DNA of 61,909 nt. Source: an uncultured Opitutia bacterium. GTDB lineage: Bacteria > Verrucomicrobiota > Verrucomicrobiia > Opitutales > Opitutaceae. Position 1 is the stretch's first letter, and each line of letters begins with the position of its first letter. The position numbers and the translations under genes are program-made. A model generated the notes under the pieces. The model did not search any database. It saw only the letters and a list, made by a program, of their open reading frames with translations, and was not told the DNA's origin. This document shows, in pieces, positions 1-9,707 of the stretch. Where the stretch lies: the NCBI GenBank assembly GCA_903948415.1, contig CAJAYO010000569.1, forward strand, positions 1 to 61,909, read 5' to 3'.

Positions 1-197
1 CCGCCGTCTTCCCTGCCGTCGGCGCCTTCCCCCTCAAGCTCGCCAACGCCGCCGACGCCGCGCTCGTCACCTCCGTCACCGCCGGCAACTACACCCTCCA
101 GGCCGGCGCCGCGCCCGTCGCGGCCAACGCCCCCGCCGGCACCGCGGTCCCGAACCCCACCGGCTCCGTCCTCGTCGAGGTCTACGAAGTCCCCTGA
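1..197 (+). CDS. 3' end of an unidentified (probably secreted/surface) protein, partial at the window edge
   Basis: An open frame in phase with position 3 runs in from the left edge to TGA at 195-197. The translation ends ...VTAGNYTLQAGAAPVAANAPAGTAVPNPTGSVLVEVYEVP*. Codon usage is host-like (C/G-ending). No family recognised. Confidence 0.4.
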   Translation, partial: AVFPAVGAFPLKLANAADAALVTSVTAGNYTLQAGAAPVAANAPAGTAVPNPTGSVLVEVYEVP

Positions 198-365
198 GCG
201 GGCCCGTCCCCGCGGGCGCCCGCCCCGCCCTGCAGTCCGACCGTCGCGCAGCGCGTCCGCCCGCGCGCCCTCGCCGCACCAAGCGGCGCCCGCCCCGCCC
301 CGCGCGAAAAAATATCCTTTGCGCCCGCCCCCCCGCCCCCTTTGCTCTCCCTTCCCTTTTCCCGC

Positions 366-3059
366 ATGACCTCCGCGCAAATCCGCCAGTCCTTCCTCGA
401 TTTCTTCGCCTCCCAGGGCCACACGATCGTCCCGTCGTCTTCCCTCCTGCCCGACTCGCCCGGACTGCTCTTCACCAACGCCGGCATGAACCAGTTCGTG
501 CCCATCTTCCTCGGTGACCGCGCCCCCGACGTCTCCACCTGGGCCGGCGTCCGTCCCGCCAAGGACACCCGCGCCGCCGACACCCAGAAATGCATCCGCG
601 CCGGCGGCAAACACAACGACCTCGAGGACGTCGGCTTCGACACCTATCACCACACGCTCTTCGAGATGCTCGGCAACTGGTCCTTCGGCGACTACTTCAA
701 GAAGGAGTCCGTCAACTGGGGCTGGGAACTCATCACCCAGGTCTGGGGCATCCCCGCCAAACGTCTCTTCGCCACCGTCTACTCCCCCGACAAATCCAAG
801 GGCGACCCCTCCGACTTCGATCAGGAGGCCTACGACATCTGGGCCACGATCTTCACCGCCGCCGGCCTCGACCCCAAAATCCACATCGTCCACGGCAACA
901 AAAAGGACAATTTCTGGATGATGGGCGACACCGGCCCCTGCGGCCCGTGCTCCGAAATCCACTTCAACCTCCTCCCGTCCGACGACGAGATCGAGGGCCG
1001 CAAAGGCGTGAACAGTTCCTCCCCTCGCTGCATCGAAATCTGGAACCACGTCTTCATCCAGTTCAACGCCAACGCCGACGGCACCTTCTCCCCGCTCGCC
1101 GCCAAACACGTCGACACCGGCATGGGCTTCGAACGCGTCGCCGGCATTCACGCCGTCTCGAAGGGCTTCACCGATTTCACCGCCGAGCCCTCCAACTACG
1201 AGGCCGACGTCTTCGCCCCCCTCTTCGCGAAAATCACCGCCCTCTCCGGCAAGACCTACGCCCGCACCGTCCCCACCAAACGCGAAGGCCTCACCGAACA
1301 GGAGCAAACCGACGTCGCTTTCCGCGTCCTCGCCGACCACGCCCGCTGCGTCAGCTGCGCCGTCGCCGACGGCATCTTGCCGAGCAACGAAGGCCGCAAC
1401 TACGTCATCCGCCGCATCCTCCGCCGCGGCATTCTCTACGGCAAAAAACTCGGCCTCGCCACCGGCTTCTTCGAACAACTCGTCGCCCCCGTCGTCGAAT
1501 CCCTCGGCAACGTCTTCCCCGAGCTCAAGGAACGCCAGGACATGATCCAGCGCGTGATCCGCAGCGAAGAAGAAAGCTTCGGCCGCACCCTCGACCGCGG
1601 ACTCGCCATCTTCACCAAGGCCGCCGCCACCGGCGCCGTCAGCGGCGCCACCGCCTTCGAACTCTACGACTCCTACGGCTTCCCCCTCGACATGACGCAC
1701 CTCCTCGCCACCGAGCGCGGACTCACCGTCGACGCCGTCGAATTCGAGCGCCTGATGGACGAACAGCGCAAACGCGGCCAGGCCTCCACCAAAAAGACCA
1801 TCGTCGTCGCCGCCACCGAGGGCGACGCCGCGGTCGACCTCCAGCCGACCAAGTTCCTCGGATACGACCACACCCACGCTCCGGCCACGCTCATCGAGGT
1901 CGTCCGCGCCGACCAGGACACCTTCCTCGTCTTCGACCAGACTCCGTTCTACGCCGAGATGGGCGGCCAGGCCGGCGACCTCGGCACCGCCCTCATCCAC
2001 GGCACCCTCGTCCACCTCACCGACTGCGTGAAGGACAAGGCCGGCCGCCACCTCCACAAACTCGGCGAACACTCCGGCCTCGTCATCGCCGCCGGCGCCC
2101 ACGCCGAACTCGCCGTCGACGCCGTCCGCCGCCGCGCCATCAACCGCCACCACAGCGCCGCGCACTTGATCCACTGGGCGCTCCGCAAGGTCCTCGGCAC
2201 CCACGTCCGCCAGGCCGGCACGTCGAAAACCCCCGACCGCATGCGCTTCGATTTCTCGCACTTCGAAGCCGTCACCCACGCCCAGCTCCTCGAGGTCGAG
2301 CAGCTCGTCAACGCCAAGGTCCTCGACAACGCCCAGGTCCAATCCTACGAAACCGAATTCGACCAAAAGCCCGAGGGCACCCTCGCCTTCTTCGGCGACA
2401 AATACGGCAAATTCGTCCGCGTCGTCGACATCGGCGGCTACAGCCGCGAACTCTGCGGCGGCACCCACGTCGCCACCACCGGCGAAATCGGCCTCATCAA
2501 AATCGTCGCCGAGATGGCCGTCGCCGCCGGCACGCGCCGCATCGAAGCCGTCGCCGGCCAGCCCGCCCTCGACTTCGTCGCCGCTCGCGAAGCCGCCCTC
2601 GCCGCCGTCAGCGCCCACCTCGGCGGCGGCGTCTCCGACGTCGTCAAAAAACTCGAGGCCCTCCTCGCCCACCAGAAAGAAACCGAGAAGCAGCTCAAGG
2701 CGTATCAGCAAAAGGCCCTCGCCGGCCTCGCCGAGGAACTCGCCGCCGCCGCCATCACCCGCGACGGCCTGAAATTCGTCTCCGCCGTCGTCAGCGTCTC
2801 CGACCAGGAAGTCCTCCGCAGCCTCGGCTCACAGGTCCTCGCGAAGCTCGGCGATGGCGTCGTCCAACTCGGCGCCGCCCTCGGCGAAAAGGCCAGCCTC
2901 GTCGCCTTCTGCTCGCCCGCCGCGATCAAAGCCGGCCACCAGGCCGGCAAGATTATCCAGGGCCTCAGCGCCGCCATCGGCGGCAAGGGCGGCGGCAAAC
3001 CCGACTTCGCCATGGGCGGCGGCAAGGACATCGCCAAGCTGGCCGAAGTCCTGAAGTAG
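366..3059 (+). CDS. alaS: alanine--tRNA ligase
   Basis: From ORF 342..3059. The ATG at 366 gives MTSAQIRQSFLDFFASQGHTIVPSSSLLP...LFTNAGMNQFVPIFLG, a typical AlaRS N-terminus. Length (~897 aa) and the C-terminal GGGKPDFAMGGG motif fit AlaRS. Confidence 0.95.
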   Translation: MTSAQIRQSFLDFFASQGHTIVPSSSLLPDSPGLLFTNAGMNQFVPIFLGDRAPDVSTWAGVRPAKDTRAADTQKCIRAGGKHNDLEDVGFDTYHHTLFEMLGNWSFGDYFKKESVNWGWELITQVWGIPAKRLFATVYSPDKSKGDPSDFDQEAYDIWATIFTAAGLDPKIHIVHGNKKDNFWMMGDTGPCGPCSEIHFNLLPSDDEIEGRKGVNSSSPRCIEIWNHVFIQFNANADGTFSPLAAKHVDTGMGFERVAGIHAVSKGFTDFTAEPSNYEADVFAPLFAKITALSGKTYARTVPTKREGLTEQEQTDVAFRVLADHARCVSCAVADGILPSNEGRNYVIRRILRRGILYGKKLGLATGFFEQLVAPVVESLGNVFPELKERQDMIQRVIRSEEESFGRTLDRGLAIFTKAAATGAVSGATAFELYDSYGFPLDMTHLLATERGLTVDAVEFERLMDEQRKRGQASTKKTIVVAATEGDAAVDLQPTKFLGYDHTHAPATLIEVVRADQDTFLVFDQTPFYAEMGGQAGDLGTALIHGTLVHLTDCVKDKAGRHLHKLGEHSGLVIAAGAHAELAVDAVRRRAINRHHSAAHLIHWALRKVLGTHVRQAGTSKTPDRMRFDFSHFEAVTHAQLLEVEQLVNAKVLDNAQVQSYETEFDQKPEGTLAFFGDKYGKFVRVVDIGGYSRELCGGTHVATTGEIGLIKIVAEMAVAAGTRRIEAVAGQPALDFVAAREAALAAVSAHLGGGVSDVVKKLEALLAHQKETEKQLKAYQQKALAGLAEELAAAAITRDGLKFVSAVVSVSDQEVLRSLGSQVLAKLGDGVVQLGAALGEKASLVAFCSPAAIKAGHQAGKIIQGLSAAIGGKGGGKPDFAMGGGKDIAKLAEVLK

Positions 3060-3094
3060 GGCCGGTCTTCGACCGCCCCCCCCGGTCCACCACC

Positions 3095-3343
3095 ATGTCC
3101 CTCTCCGCCATCATCGCCGATCTCGTCGACCAGGCGGAGACTGCCCTCGCGGGCACCACGGATCGCACCGTCGCCCGCGCCGGTCTCGCCGTCCTCATCG
3201 ACCAGGACTACTTTCACCTCTGTCCGGCGGACCGCGTCGCCGTCACCGCCGGGGTGATGGCCGCCCTCGAACACGAGGAATTTTTCGGCCTCGAGTTCGT
3301 CGGCCACCCCTTTCAGGACGAACCCGACCCCGAGACGGACTGA
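3095..3343 (+). CDS. small acidic hypothetical protein (82 aa)
   Basis: ATG at 3095 lies inside the 590..3343 frame. Translation is MSLSAIIADLVDQAETALAGTT...FVGHPFQDEPDPETD. Composition is diverse and non-repetitive with host-like C-ending codons, unlike the Arg/Pro-rich upstream part of the same frame. Confidence 0.5.
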   Translation: MSLSAIIADLVDQAETALAGTTDRTVARAGLAVLIDQDYFHLCPADRVAVTAGVMAALEHEEFFGLEFVGHPFQDEPDPETD

Positions 3344-3645
3344 CGCCCCGCGGCCGGGCTTCGCCTCGCGTGACGGCGCGCCGGCCCCGCCATCCTCCTG
3401 ACCGTGCCGGACGAAGGCCCCGGATTTTCCGGTCAGGCCGGGCACGGCTCTTCGCCCGCTTCGCGTGGCTGTCCGGCCGCCCCACCGGCGTCGGACACTC
3501 CGGCGGCCTCGGCTTCTCCCGCCTCTCCGTCCGTCGCGCTACGCGGCCCGCTCGCGGCGCGACCGCCCGCGGGCGGCTGCCCGCCGCCTGAGCGCCGCGC
3601 ACGCGGCCTTGCGGTCGCCGCCGCGACCGCCCACGGTGCCCATCC

Positions 3646-5349
3646 ATGTCCACCGTCGCCGCCCCCCCCGCTGCGCTCACCGCCGTCCTCGCCTTCAACG
3701 CGAGCAACCAGCTTGCCGTGCGCCGCCTCGGCTCGAAGGCCGGCCTCCCCTTCACCGGCACCGACCTCGCCATGGCCACGGCGCGCCTCGCCTCGGCCTT
3801 CCCGACCCACACCCCGCCCGCCGAATATTTCTCGGCCGACGCCGGCGGCCGGAGCTACCGGGTCTTTTTCGTCCAGGTCGACGGCACCTCTGCCGATAGT
3901 GAAATCGACTTCCAGTCGCTCGACGATCTCGCCGCCCAGCCCGCCGCGCTGGCCCCGTCGCTCACCGTTCTCCTCGGAAAGCTCGATCCCTTCCTCGTCG
4001 ACATCCCCTATCTCCACCTCGGCGAAAACGATTTCATCTACAAGTTCCGCCCCGCCCAGGAGCGCAACACCGCCATTTACGCCCAGGACGCCGCCGCCGG
4101 CTCCCTCTACCAATCGCAGCTCTGCGCCGCGATCAAGGCCCTCGCCCGCCGCCACGAACGCACCGCCACCGCGCCCGTCACCCTCGATTTCGGGGCCGTG
4201 CGCTACATCATCCCGAGCCACTTCGGTTTCTGTCTCGGCGTGAAGAACGCCATCGAACGCGCCTACGAAACCCTCGCCGAAAATCCCGGCAAACGCGTGT
4301 TCATGCTCTCCGAACTGATCCACAATCCGTTCGTCAACGAGGACCTGCTCCGCCGCGGCCTGCGTTATCTCCAAACCGACAAGGGCGCGCCCTACACCGT
4401 CGACGGCCGACCCGGCTCGACGCCGCTCTGGGATACCCTCACCCCCGCCGACATCGTGATCATCCCGGCCTTCGGCGCGACCGACGAGGACAAGCGCCGC
4501 CTCGTCCGCAAAGGCATCGCCGTCTTCCCTTACGACGCCACCTGCATGCTCGTGGAAAAAGTGTGGAAAGCCGCGCGCGGTTACGGCCGCGAGGGCTACA
4601 CCGTGGTCATCCACGGCAAACACGAACACGAGGAAACCAAGGCCACGTTCTCCAACACCCGCCGCTACGCCCCCGCCGTCATCGTCCGCAATCTCGACGA
4701 GGCCCGCCTGCTCGGCGACGTGATCACGAGCGACGACCCCGCCGTGCGCGCGTCCTTCTACGACCGCTTCGCCGGCCGCTACACCCCGGGCTTCGACGTC
4801 GCCGTGCACCTCGACCGCGTCGCCGTCGTCAACCAGACGACGCTGCTGATGAACGAAACCCTCGGCATCATCGAGCACCTCCGCGGAGTGTTCCGCGCCA
4901 GGTTCGGCGACGACGGCCGCGTCGGCGGCAGCGGGCGCCGCGACACGCTGTGCTATGCGACCCAGGTCAATCAGGACGCGCTCAGTCGCGCGCTGGCCGA
5001 GCCGCTCGACGCCGCGTTCGTGATCGGCGGAAAAAACTCCTCGAACACCTACCAGCTCTTCCGCCTCTGTGAGGAAAACCTGGGCGGGCGCGCCTTCTTC
5101 ATCCAATCGGAATCAAGCATCGGGTCCCGCGCGACGGTCGACCACTACGTTTACATTGGCGGCGGCACGGGCCGCACCGAGCCCCGCGCGCTCTGGGACG
5201 ACGCTCCCGGGGTGAAGCGCGTGCTCATCACCGGCGGCGCGAGCTGCCCGGACGGCATCATCCAGCAGGTGATCATCCGCATAAATTCCTTCTTCCCCGC
5301 CGCCAGTCTGCGCCCTGTCGAGGACGTGCTCCGCGAACTGAGCGCCTAA
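3646..5349 (+). CDS. ispH: 4-hydroxy-3-methylbut-2-enyl diphosphate reductase, long form with N-terminal extension
   Basis: 567 aa ORF. The IspH/LytB core starts around residue 195 (IIPSHFGFCLGVKNAIERAYE, compare the E. coli GFCAGVDRAI region), with later ..ATCMLVEKVW.. and ..VVNQTT.. segments. About 190 aa of non-IspH sequence precede the core. Confidence 0.8.
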   Translation: MSTVAAPPAALTAVLAFNASNQLAVRRLGSKAGLPFTGTDLAMATARLASAFPTHTPPAEYFSADAGGRSYRVFFVQVDGTSADSEIDFQSLDDLAAQPAALAPSLTVLLGKLDPFLVDIPYLHLGENDFIYKFRPAQERNTAIYAQDAAAGSLYQSQLCAAIKALARRHERTATAPVTLDFGAVRYIIPSHFGFCLGVKNAIERAYETLAENPGKRVFMLSELIHNPFVNEDLLRRGLRYLQTDKGAPYTVDGRPGSTPLWDTLTPADIVIIPAFGATDEDKRRLVRKGIAVFPYDATCMLVEKVWKAARGYGREGYTVVIHGKHEHEETKATFSNTRRYAPAVIVRNLDEARLLGDVITSDDPAVRASFYDRFAGRYTPGFDVAVHLDRVAVVNQTTLLMNETLGIIEHLRGVFRARFGDDGRVGGSGRRDTLCYATQVNQDALSRALAEPLDAAFVIGGKNSSNTYQLFRLCEENLGGRAFFIQSESSIGSRATVDHYVYIGGGTGRTEPRALWDDAPGVKRVLITGGASCPDGIIQQVIIRINSFFPAASLRPVEDVLRELSA

Positions 5350-5350
5350 C

Positions 5351-6676
5351 TTAAGTCGCGGCGGCCGTCCGCGCTTTGGGCGGCGTCACCAGCACCAGCC
5401 AGCACCAAAACACCGCGCTCACCACGATGGCGGCCGGCAGCACCGCGACGGTCGCCCGCTGGAGGTCGCCCCACTTGTCCGACAGGTGGCCGACGATCCG
5501 CGGCGACCACAGGTCGCCAAACATGTGGATCGCAAAAATCGAACCCGCCATGGCCGTCGCCCGCATCGCCGCCGGCACGGTTTCAAGGATGAGCGTGTTG
5601 ACCGGCCCGGTGGAGAGGAAAATGAGAAACATGGACGCCGTCAGCGCGATCTTCGAGACCAGCACATCCGGGGTGGAGAACGCGACGTAGGCCGCGGGCG
5701 CCGTCAGCAGCGAGCTCAGCGCCAGCATGCCCGCATAGCCGCGGCCGGTGCGCCGCTGCCACACCGTCGCCACAAACCCGCCCCCCAGCGTCGCCACCAG
5801 TCCGGAAATCACGAGGGCCTTCCCAAAAAAATCACCGGCGTCCTCGTTCTTCAGGTGATGCACGCGGTGCAAAAACGTCGGCGCCCACAGGGCGAAGCCC
5901 CCCATCGCAAACGTCTGCGCCACATACCCGGCAATCACCAGCCGGTAGTGGCGAAATTTGAACAGCGCGAGATACGCGCTCCAGCCGGGCTTCCCCTCCG
6001 CCGGCGCCCCGCCCGCTGGCGCGGGCTCGGACGCCCCCCGCGCCGGCTCCCGCAGCAAAAACAGCACCAGCGCGAACACCAGGCCCGGATACCCCGCGAA
6101 CAAAAACGCCGCCCGCCACCCGTACTCCGCCGCAATCGCACTGCCCAAAATGTAGCCCAGGGCCGAGCCCACCGGAATCGCGAGGTAGAACACCGAGATC
6201 GCGTTGTTGCGTTTGGCCGACGGAAAAAGATCGGCAATCCACCCCGGACTGATCGTCCCAAAGCTCGCCTCGCCAAACCCCACCAACACCCGGAAAAAAA
6301 TCAACGCGCCCAGCGCGCTCACATGCCCCGACATCAGCGTGCCCAGACTCCACACAAACACGCCCGCGGCCACCAGCCAGCGGCGCGGCACCCGGTCACC
6401 CAGGTAACCGAATAGCGGAGACGTCAGGAAATAGCCCCACATGAACGCGCTCTGGATCGTCCCCAGTTGTTCGTCGCTCAGCTTCAGCTCCTCCTTGATC
6501 GGCGTCAGCACCGCCGCCAGCAGCTGCCGGTCGAGATAATCGAGCAGGTTGAGGCTCGTCAGGACGATCAACGAGCCGACGGGCCAGAGGGGTTTCTTCT
6601 CGTTCACGGACACGCGCCGGGAGCAAACCCGCGCACCCACCCCGTGGAAAGAAGAAAGCAAAAAGGCCGGGCCCAT
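5351..6676 (-). CDS. MFS transporter (Spinster-like)
   Basis: 441 aa with multiple hydrophobic spans. The N-terminal LNLLDYLDRQLLAAVLTPIKEELKLSDEQLGTIQSAFMWGYFLTSPLFGYLGDRVPRR is a typical MFS TM1-loop-TM2 (D-R-x-x-R-R) motif. The exact start is uncertain. Confidence 0.8.
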   Translation of the reverse strand: MGPAFLLSSFHGVGARVCSRRVSVNEKKPLWPVGSLIVLTSLNLLDYLDRQLLAAVLTPIKEELKLSDEQLGTIQSAFMWGYFLTSPLFGYLGDRVPRRWLVAAGVFVWSLGTLMSGHVSALGALIFFRVLVGFGEASFGTISPGWIADLFPSAKRNNAISVFYLAIPVGSALGYILGSAIAAEYGWRAAFLFAGYPGLVFALVLFLLREPARGASEPAPAGGAPAEGKPGWSAYLALFKFRHYRLVIAGYVAQTFAMGGFALWAPTFLHRVHHLKNEDAGDFFGKALVISGLVATLGGGFVATVWQRRTGRGYAGMLALSSLLTAPAAYVAFSTPDVLVSKIALTASMFLIFLSTGPVNTLILETVPAAMRATAMAGSIFAIHMFGDLWSPRIVGHLSDKWGDLQRATVAVLPAAIVVSAVFWCWLVLVTPPKARTAAAT

Positions 6677-6716
6677 CGCCCGGCCTCGGTGGGATCGTTG
6701 ACGCGCCGGCGGCCCG

Positions 6717-7967
6717 TCAGAACCGGATCGTCATGCCGCCGCGAAAGCCCTGCTGCTTCGCGAGGTCGATCTTCGTCGAGTAATGCGCCGCGTCACTGTT
6801 GAGGTTCTGCGTGTATTCGCCCGCCCCTTGGATCACCGCACCGGCATAGAACGCCGTGCGCTCGGTCAGATCGAATTGGAGCGTCGCATCCGCGTAGTAA
6901 CCGGGCAGCAGGTGACTGGTCGTGCTCAGGCTCGTATCGGCCACTTCGGCCCCGGTCTCGGGCGTATACGTCTGCGTGACCGTGTAGGTGCTGCCCGCGT
7001 AAATCAGCGCCGCTCCGGCGCTCAGGCTCGCCTTGAACCGGCTCGTAAACGGCAGGACCACGGTCGGACCCGCCCGGAAGGTGTAATACGCGCCGCTCAG
7101 TTTCCAACGGCTGCTGACGCTCGTCGAATCGGTCGTGACGGTGGTGCTCCGGTTGGACGGCTGGTTGGTCAGAAAGACCGTCGTGTCCGTCGTCACCGTC
7201 TGCGTCGTGCCGTCGCTGTTGAGAATCGCGTTGCCCGCGGAATCGAGGACCGTCTCGCTGGCCGAACTCGGGGCACTGTAAGGCGCCAGCGGGGCGACCT
7301 GGCCGTTGAGCGAATAGAGATCCGTCAGCGCGGTCAGCTTCGCCTGGACGTTGTCGGTGGTCGTCCCGGAGAGATCGTTGATGCTCATGCCGGCGATGAG
7401 TTGCCAGGTGAAGCGGGAACCAAAGAGCTTGCCCATGTCCTGGGCCACGGCGAGTTCCATGCCGAAGTTCGACGCGGAATCCTTCTTGCGGATCGCGGTG
7501 TCAATGATGTCCGCGGAGTAGGTGTGGAACGCCACAAAACCATCGGCCGTGAGCTGGCTGCTGTTCTGGAAGGCCCACGTGTTGGTGCGGCCATCCGCGG
7601 CAATCGGATCGAAAATCTGCGAACCGGAATCGGGATCGAGCACCGGATTGCCGGTGATGTCGACGCGGGGGGCGAAACGGGCGTCGGCCCCGACCGAGCC
7701 GTCGTGATAGACACGGCTGACGTTGGCCCCGGTCGCGGCCCCCGGATCTTCCGACGTCGCCAGCCGGCCCGAACCAAAAAACTTCAGCTTCGCGCCGCTC
7801 AGCATGCGAAACCCATAGGTCAGGATGCTCTTCGGCTCATAGATGTAGTCGTCGAGATTGCTGAAATCCGGAATCTCCGTCGGCGGGCGTTGCTGCTGCT
7901 CGTCTTGAGCGCGCGCGAGACCGGCGGCGGAGGCGAAGACGACGAGGGCGAGACGAAGGTGTTTCAT
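6717..7967 (-). CDS. outer-membrane beta-barrel protein, unknown family
   Basis: 416 aa with signal peptide MKHLRLALVVFASAAGLARAQDE. It is rich in alternating Ser/Thr/Gly/Tyr strands and ends ...GFRGGMTIRF (C-terminal aromatic typical of OMPs). It lies 40 bp upstream of the MFS gene on the same strand. Confidence 0.6.
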   Translation of the reverse strand: MKHLRLALVVFASAAGLARAQDEQQQRPPTEIPDFSNLDDYIYEPKSILTYGFRMLSGAKLKFFGSGRLATSEDPGAATGANVSRVYHDGSVGADARFAPRVDITGNPVLDPDSGSQIFDPIAADGRTNTWAFQNSSQLTADGFVAFHTYSADIIDTAIRKKDSASNFGMELAVAQDMGKLFGSRFTWQLIAGMSINDLSGTTTDNVQAKLTALTDLYSLNGQVAPLAPYSAPSSASETVLDSAGNAILNSDGTTQTVTTDTTVFLTNQPSNRSTTVTTDSTSVSSRWKLSGAYYTFRAGPTVVLPFTSRFKASLSAGAALIYAGSTYTVTQTYTPETGAEVADTSLSTTSHLLPGYYADATLQFDLTERTAFYAGAVIQGAGEYTQNLNSDAAHYSTKIDLAKQQGFRGGMTIRF

Positions 7968-8101
7968 TCAGGAGAGAAGGAGGGTGCGGCCTTGGACGGC
8001 ACGACCGGGAAATTGTTGCAAAAAGATTCAGGGAGCGCCCCGGCCGGCGTCAACGCGAGACTTCCGCCCCTTTTCGCCGCCCCGGCCGGGCCGGCGCCGG
8101 G

Positions 8102-8806
8102 CTATTCCTTGAACTCGTCGAATTTCTTGGCCGCGGCGTCCTCGGCCTTGAGCGTGGCGGCCGCCCGCGGATCGGCGCCGGCCTCGCGCTCGCGGAACCG
8201 CCGCTCGCGGGCGCGCAGGTCCTCCTCCCGCTGCTCCAGCTCGACTTCCTTCTCCTGCTGCCCCTGCACCTTCTCGAACAGCTTGGCCTCGCTCTCGTCG
8301 ACAAATTGCTCGCGCTCGCGCAGCGCCTGCTTCGCCTCCTTCAGCCCGCTCTCCTGCCGTTCAAGCTCGGCCCGAAGCTGCTCCAGCGCCACCCTCTCTT
8401 CCGGCGAAATCGCGACCTGCAACGGCGCCGCCCGACGCGTGGCGGCGATCAGCTTCTCGCGGGCCTGCAGCAAGGCCTCCGCTTCCGCCAAATCGCGCTC
8501 CTGGTCGGCGAGCCGTCTTTCGGCCTCCGCGACGATGCGCTCGCGCTCGACCAACATCAGCTCCAACTGCCGCAACGAGCGCTCGAGCTCGGCCGCCTGC
8601 GTCCGGGCCGCCTCCGCCGCCGCGCCGGAAACCGGGATCTGCGTCGCCGACCGGAACGCGTCGAGCTGCTCGCGCGTGACGGCCGATTTTTCGGAGACCT
8701 CAAAGGGCGATCGCGTCAGGGCGCGCCGCCGCGGCAACGAAAGTTTCGGTGCGGCCATGCCCGGCGGGCGGCCTGTCGGCGGAGGGATGGGACTGGATTC
8801 GGACAT
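8102..8806 (-). CDS. coiled-coil protein with Pro-rich/basic N-terminal peptide (third gene of the ParA-like operon)
   Basis: 234 aa. The N-terminus is MSESSPIPPPTGRPPGMAAPKLSLPRRRALTRSPF. The rest is Glu/Arg/Leu/Ala heptad-like sequence (ELERSLRQLELMLVERERIVAEAERRLADQERDLAEAEALLQAREK...). It starts 25 bp after the upstream gene. Confidence 0.65.
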   Translation of the reverse strand: MSESSPIPPPTGRPPGMAAPKLSLPRRRALTRSPFEVSEKSAVTREQLDAFRSATQIPVSGAAAEAARTQAAELERSLRQLELMLVERERIVAEAERRLADQERDLAEAEALLQAREKLIAATRRAAPLQVAISPEERVALEQLRAELERQESGLKEAKQALREREQFVDESEAKLFEKVQGQQEKEVELEQREEDLRARERRFREREAGADPRAAATLKAEDAAAKKFDEFKE

Positions 8807-8831
8807 GGGGGCGGCGCGAAACGAATTCCAC

Positions 8832-9677
8832 CTACTTCTTCCCGAACAACCAGCCGAACAGGCCGGACTTCTTGGTTTGAACCTCGACCGCGCGGGCGGC
8901 GGGCAGGCGGAGATAAGGTTTCAGCAGCGCCGCCGCACGCTTCTCCACCTCCGGGTCGCCCAACACCACGAAGTGCCGCGCCAACGATCCGCCCCCGGCG
9001 ACGTCCTGTTCAATGTCGGCCAGTTCCTCGCGAAACCACGTCGTCGCCACTTCGGCGCGGGCCGCGGCCTCTGCCGTGCGCGCCGCATGGGCGAGCGATT
9101 CCACCAGGTGCAGCCCTTTCGCCCCGCGCCGGAACGGCAGCACCTGGGCCAGCGCGGCCTCGTCCACGTGCGACAGCGCGTTGAGCAGCTTTTTGAAATC
9201 GCCGCCAACAATCACGTTTTGCGACATCCCCTGCGCGAACACCGCAAATTCGCCGAGCGTGTCGAGCCCCTCCAGCTTGCAGAATTCCAACGTCCCGGCC
9301 TCCAGGCCGCTGAGCGTCACCGGAAAACTCTCGGGAATGCCGAGCTTGACGAGGTTCTTGAGGAGCTGGTTCTCCCGCGCCGACGACGCCTCGGCCTGCG
9401 TGACCATCTCGCCAAACGGACTGTCGAACGCGAGCGTCTCCTTCAGGATGCCCACGAGCTGGTCGATCCGCTCCGGCTTCTGGCCCTTGAGCTGGAGCAG
9501 CTCGACGACCTCCTCGAAGTCGAGATCGATATAGACCGCCGGCGTCTCGGTCTTGCCCTTGATCGGCCAGTCGGCGGCGTCCAAGTTTTGCGCGAGACTG
9601 CTCAACGCGGTGTCGACCATAATGGAGGTCGAGAACGCGGCGCGCACTTCATCCCAGTCTTTGGCGGTGGATTTCAT
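8832..9677 (-). CDS. hypothetical protein with C-terminal amphipathic helix (second gene of the ParA-like operon)
   Basis: 281 aa of diverse composition with no recognised catalytic motif. An internal segment LGIPESFPVTLSGLEAGTLEFCKLEGLDTLGEFAVF looks helix-hairpin-helix-like. The C-terminus ...VQTKKSGLFGWLFGKK resembles the MinD/FtsA-type membrane-targeting amphipathic helix. It starts 30 bp after the ParA-like gene. Confidence 0.65.
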   Translation of the reverse strand: MKSTAKDWDEVRAAFSTSIMVDTALSSLAQNLDAADWPIKGKTETPAVYIDLDFEEVVELLQLKGQKPERIDQLVGILKETLAFDSPFGEMVTQAEASSARENQLLKNLVKLGIPESFPVTLSGLEAGTLEFCKLEGLDTLGEFAVFAQGMSQNVIVGGDFKKLLNALSHVDEAALAQVLPFRRGAKGLHLVESLAHAARTAEAAARAEVATTWFREELADIEQDVAGGGSLARHFVVLGDPEVEKRAAALLKPYLRLPAARAVEVQTKKSGLFGWLFGKK

Positions 9678-9707
9678 GGAAAAACGATCGCGGCGGACGG
9701 CGCGTGC

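Noticed and set aside
214-340. Short GC-rich direct repeats, considered as a CRISPR-like array.
   Set aside because: There are only 2-3 copies of a 16-nt low-complexity motif with unequal spacing, and no cas genes anywhere in the window.
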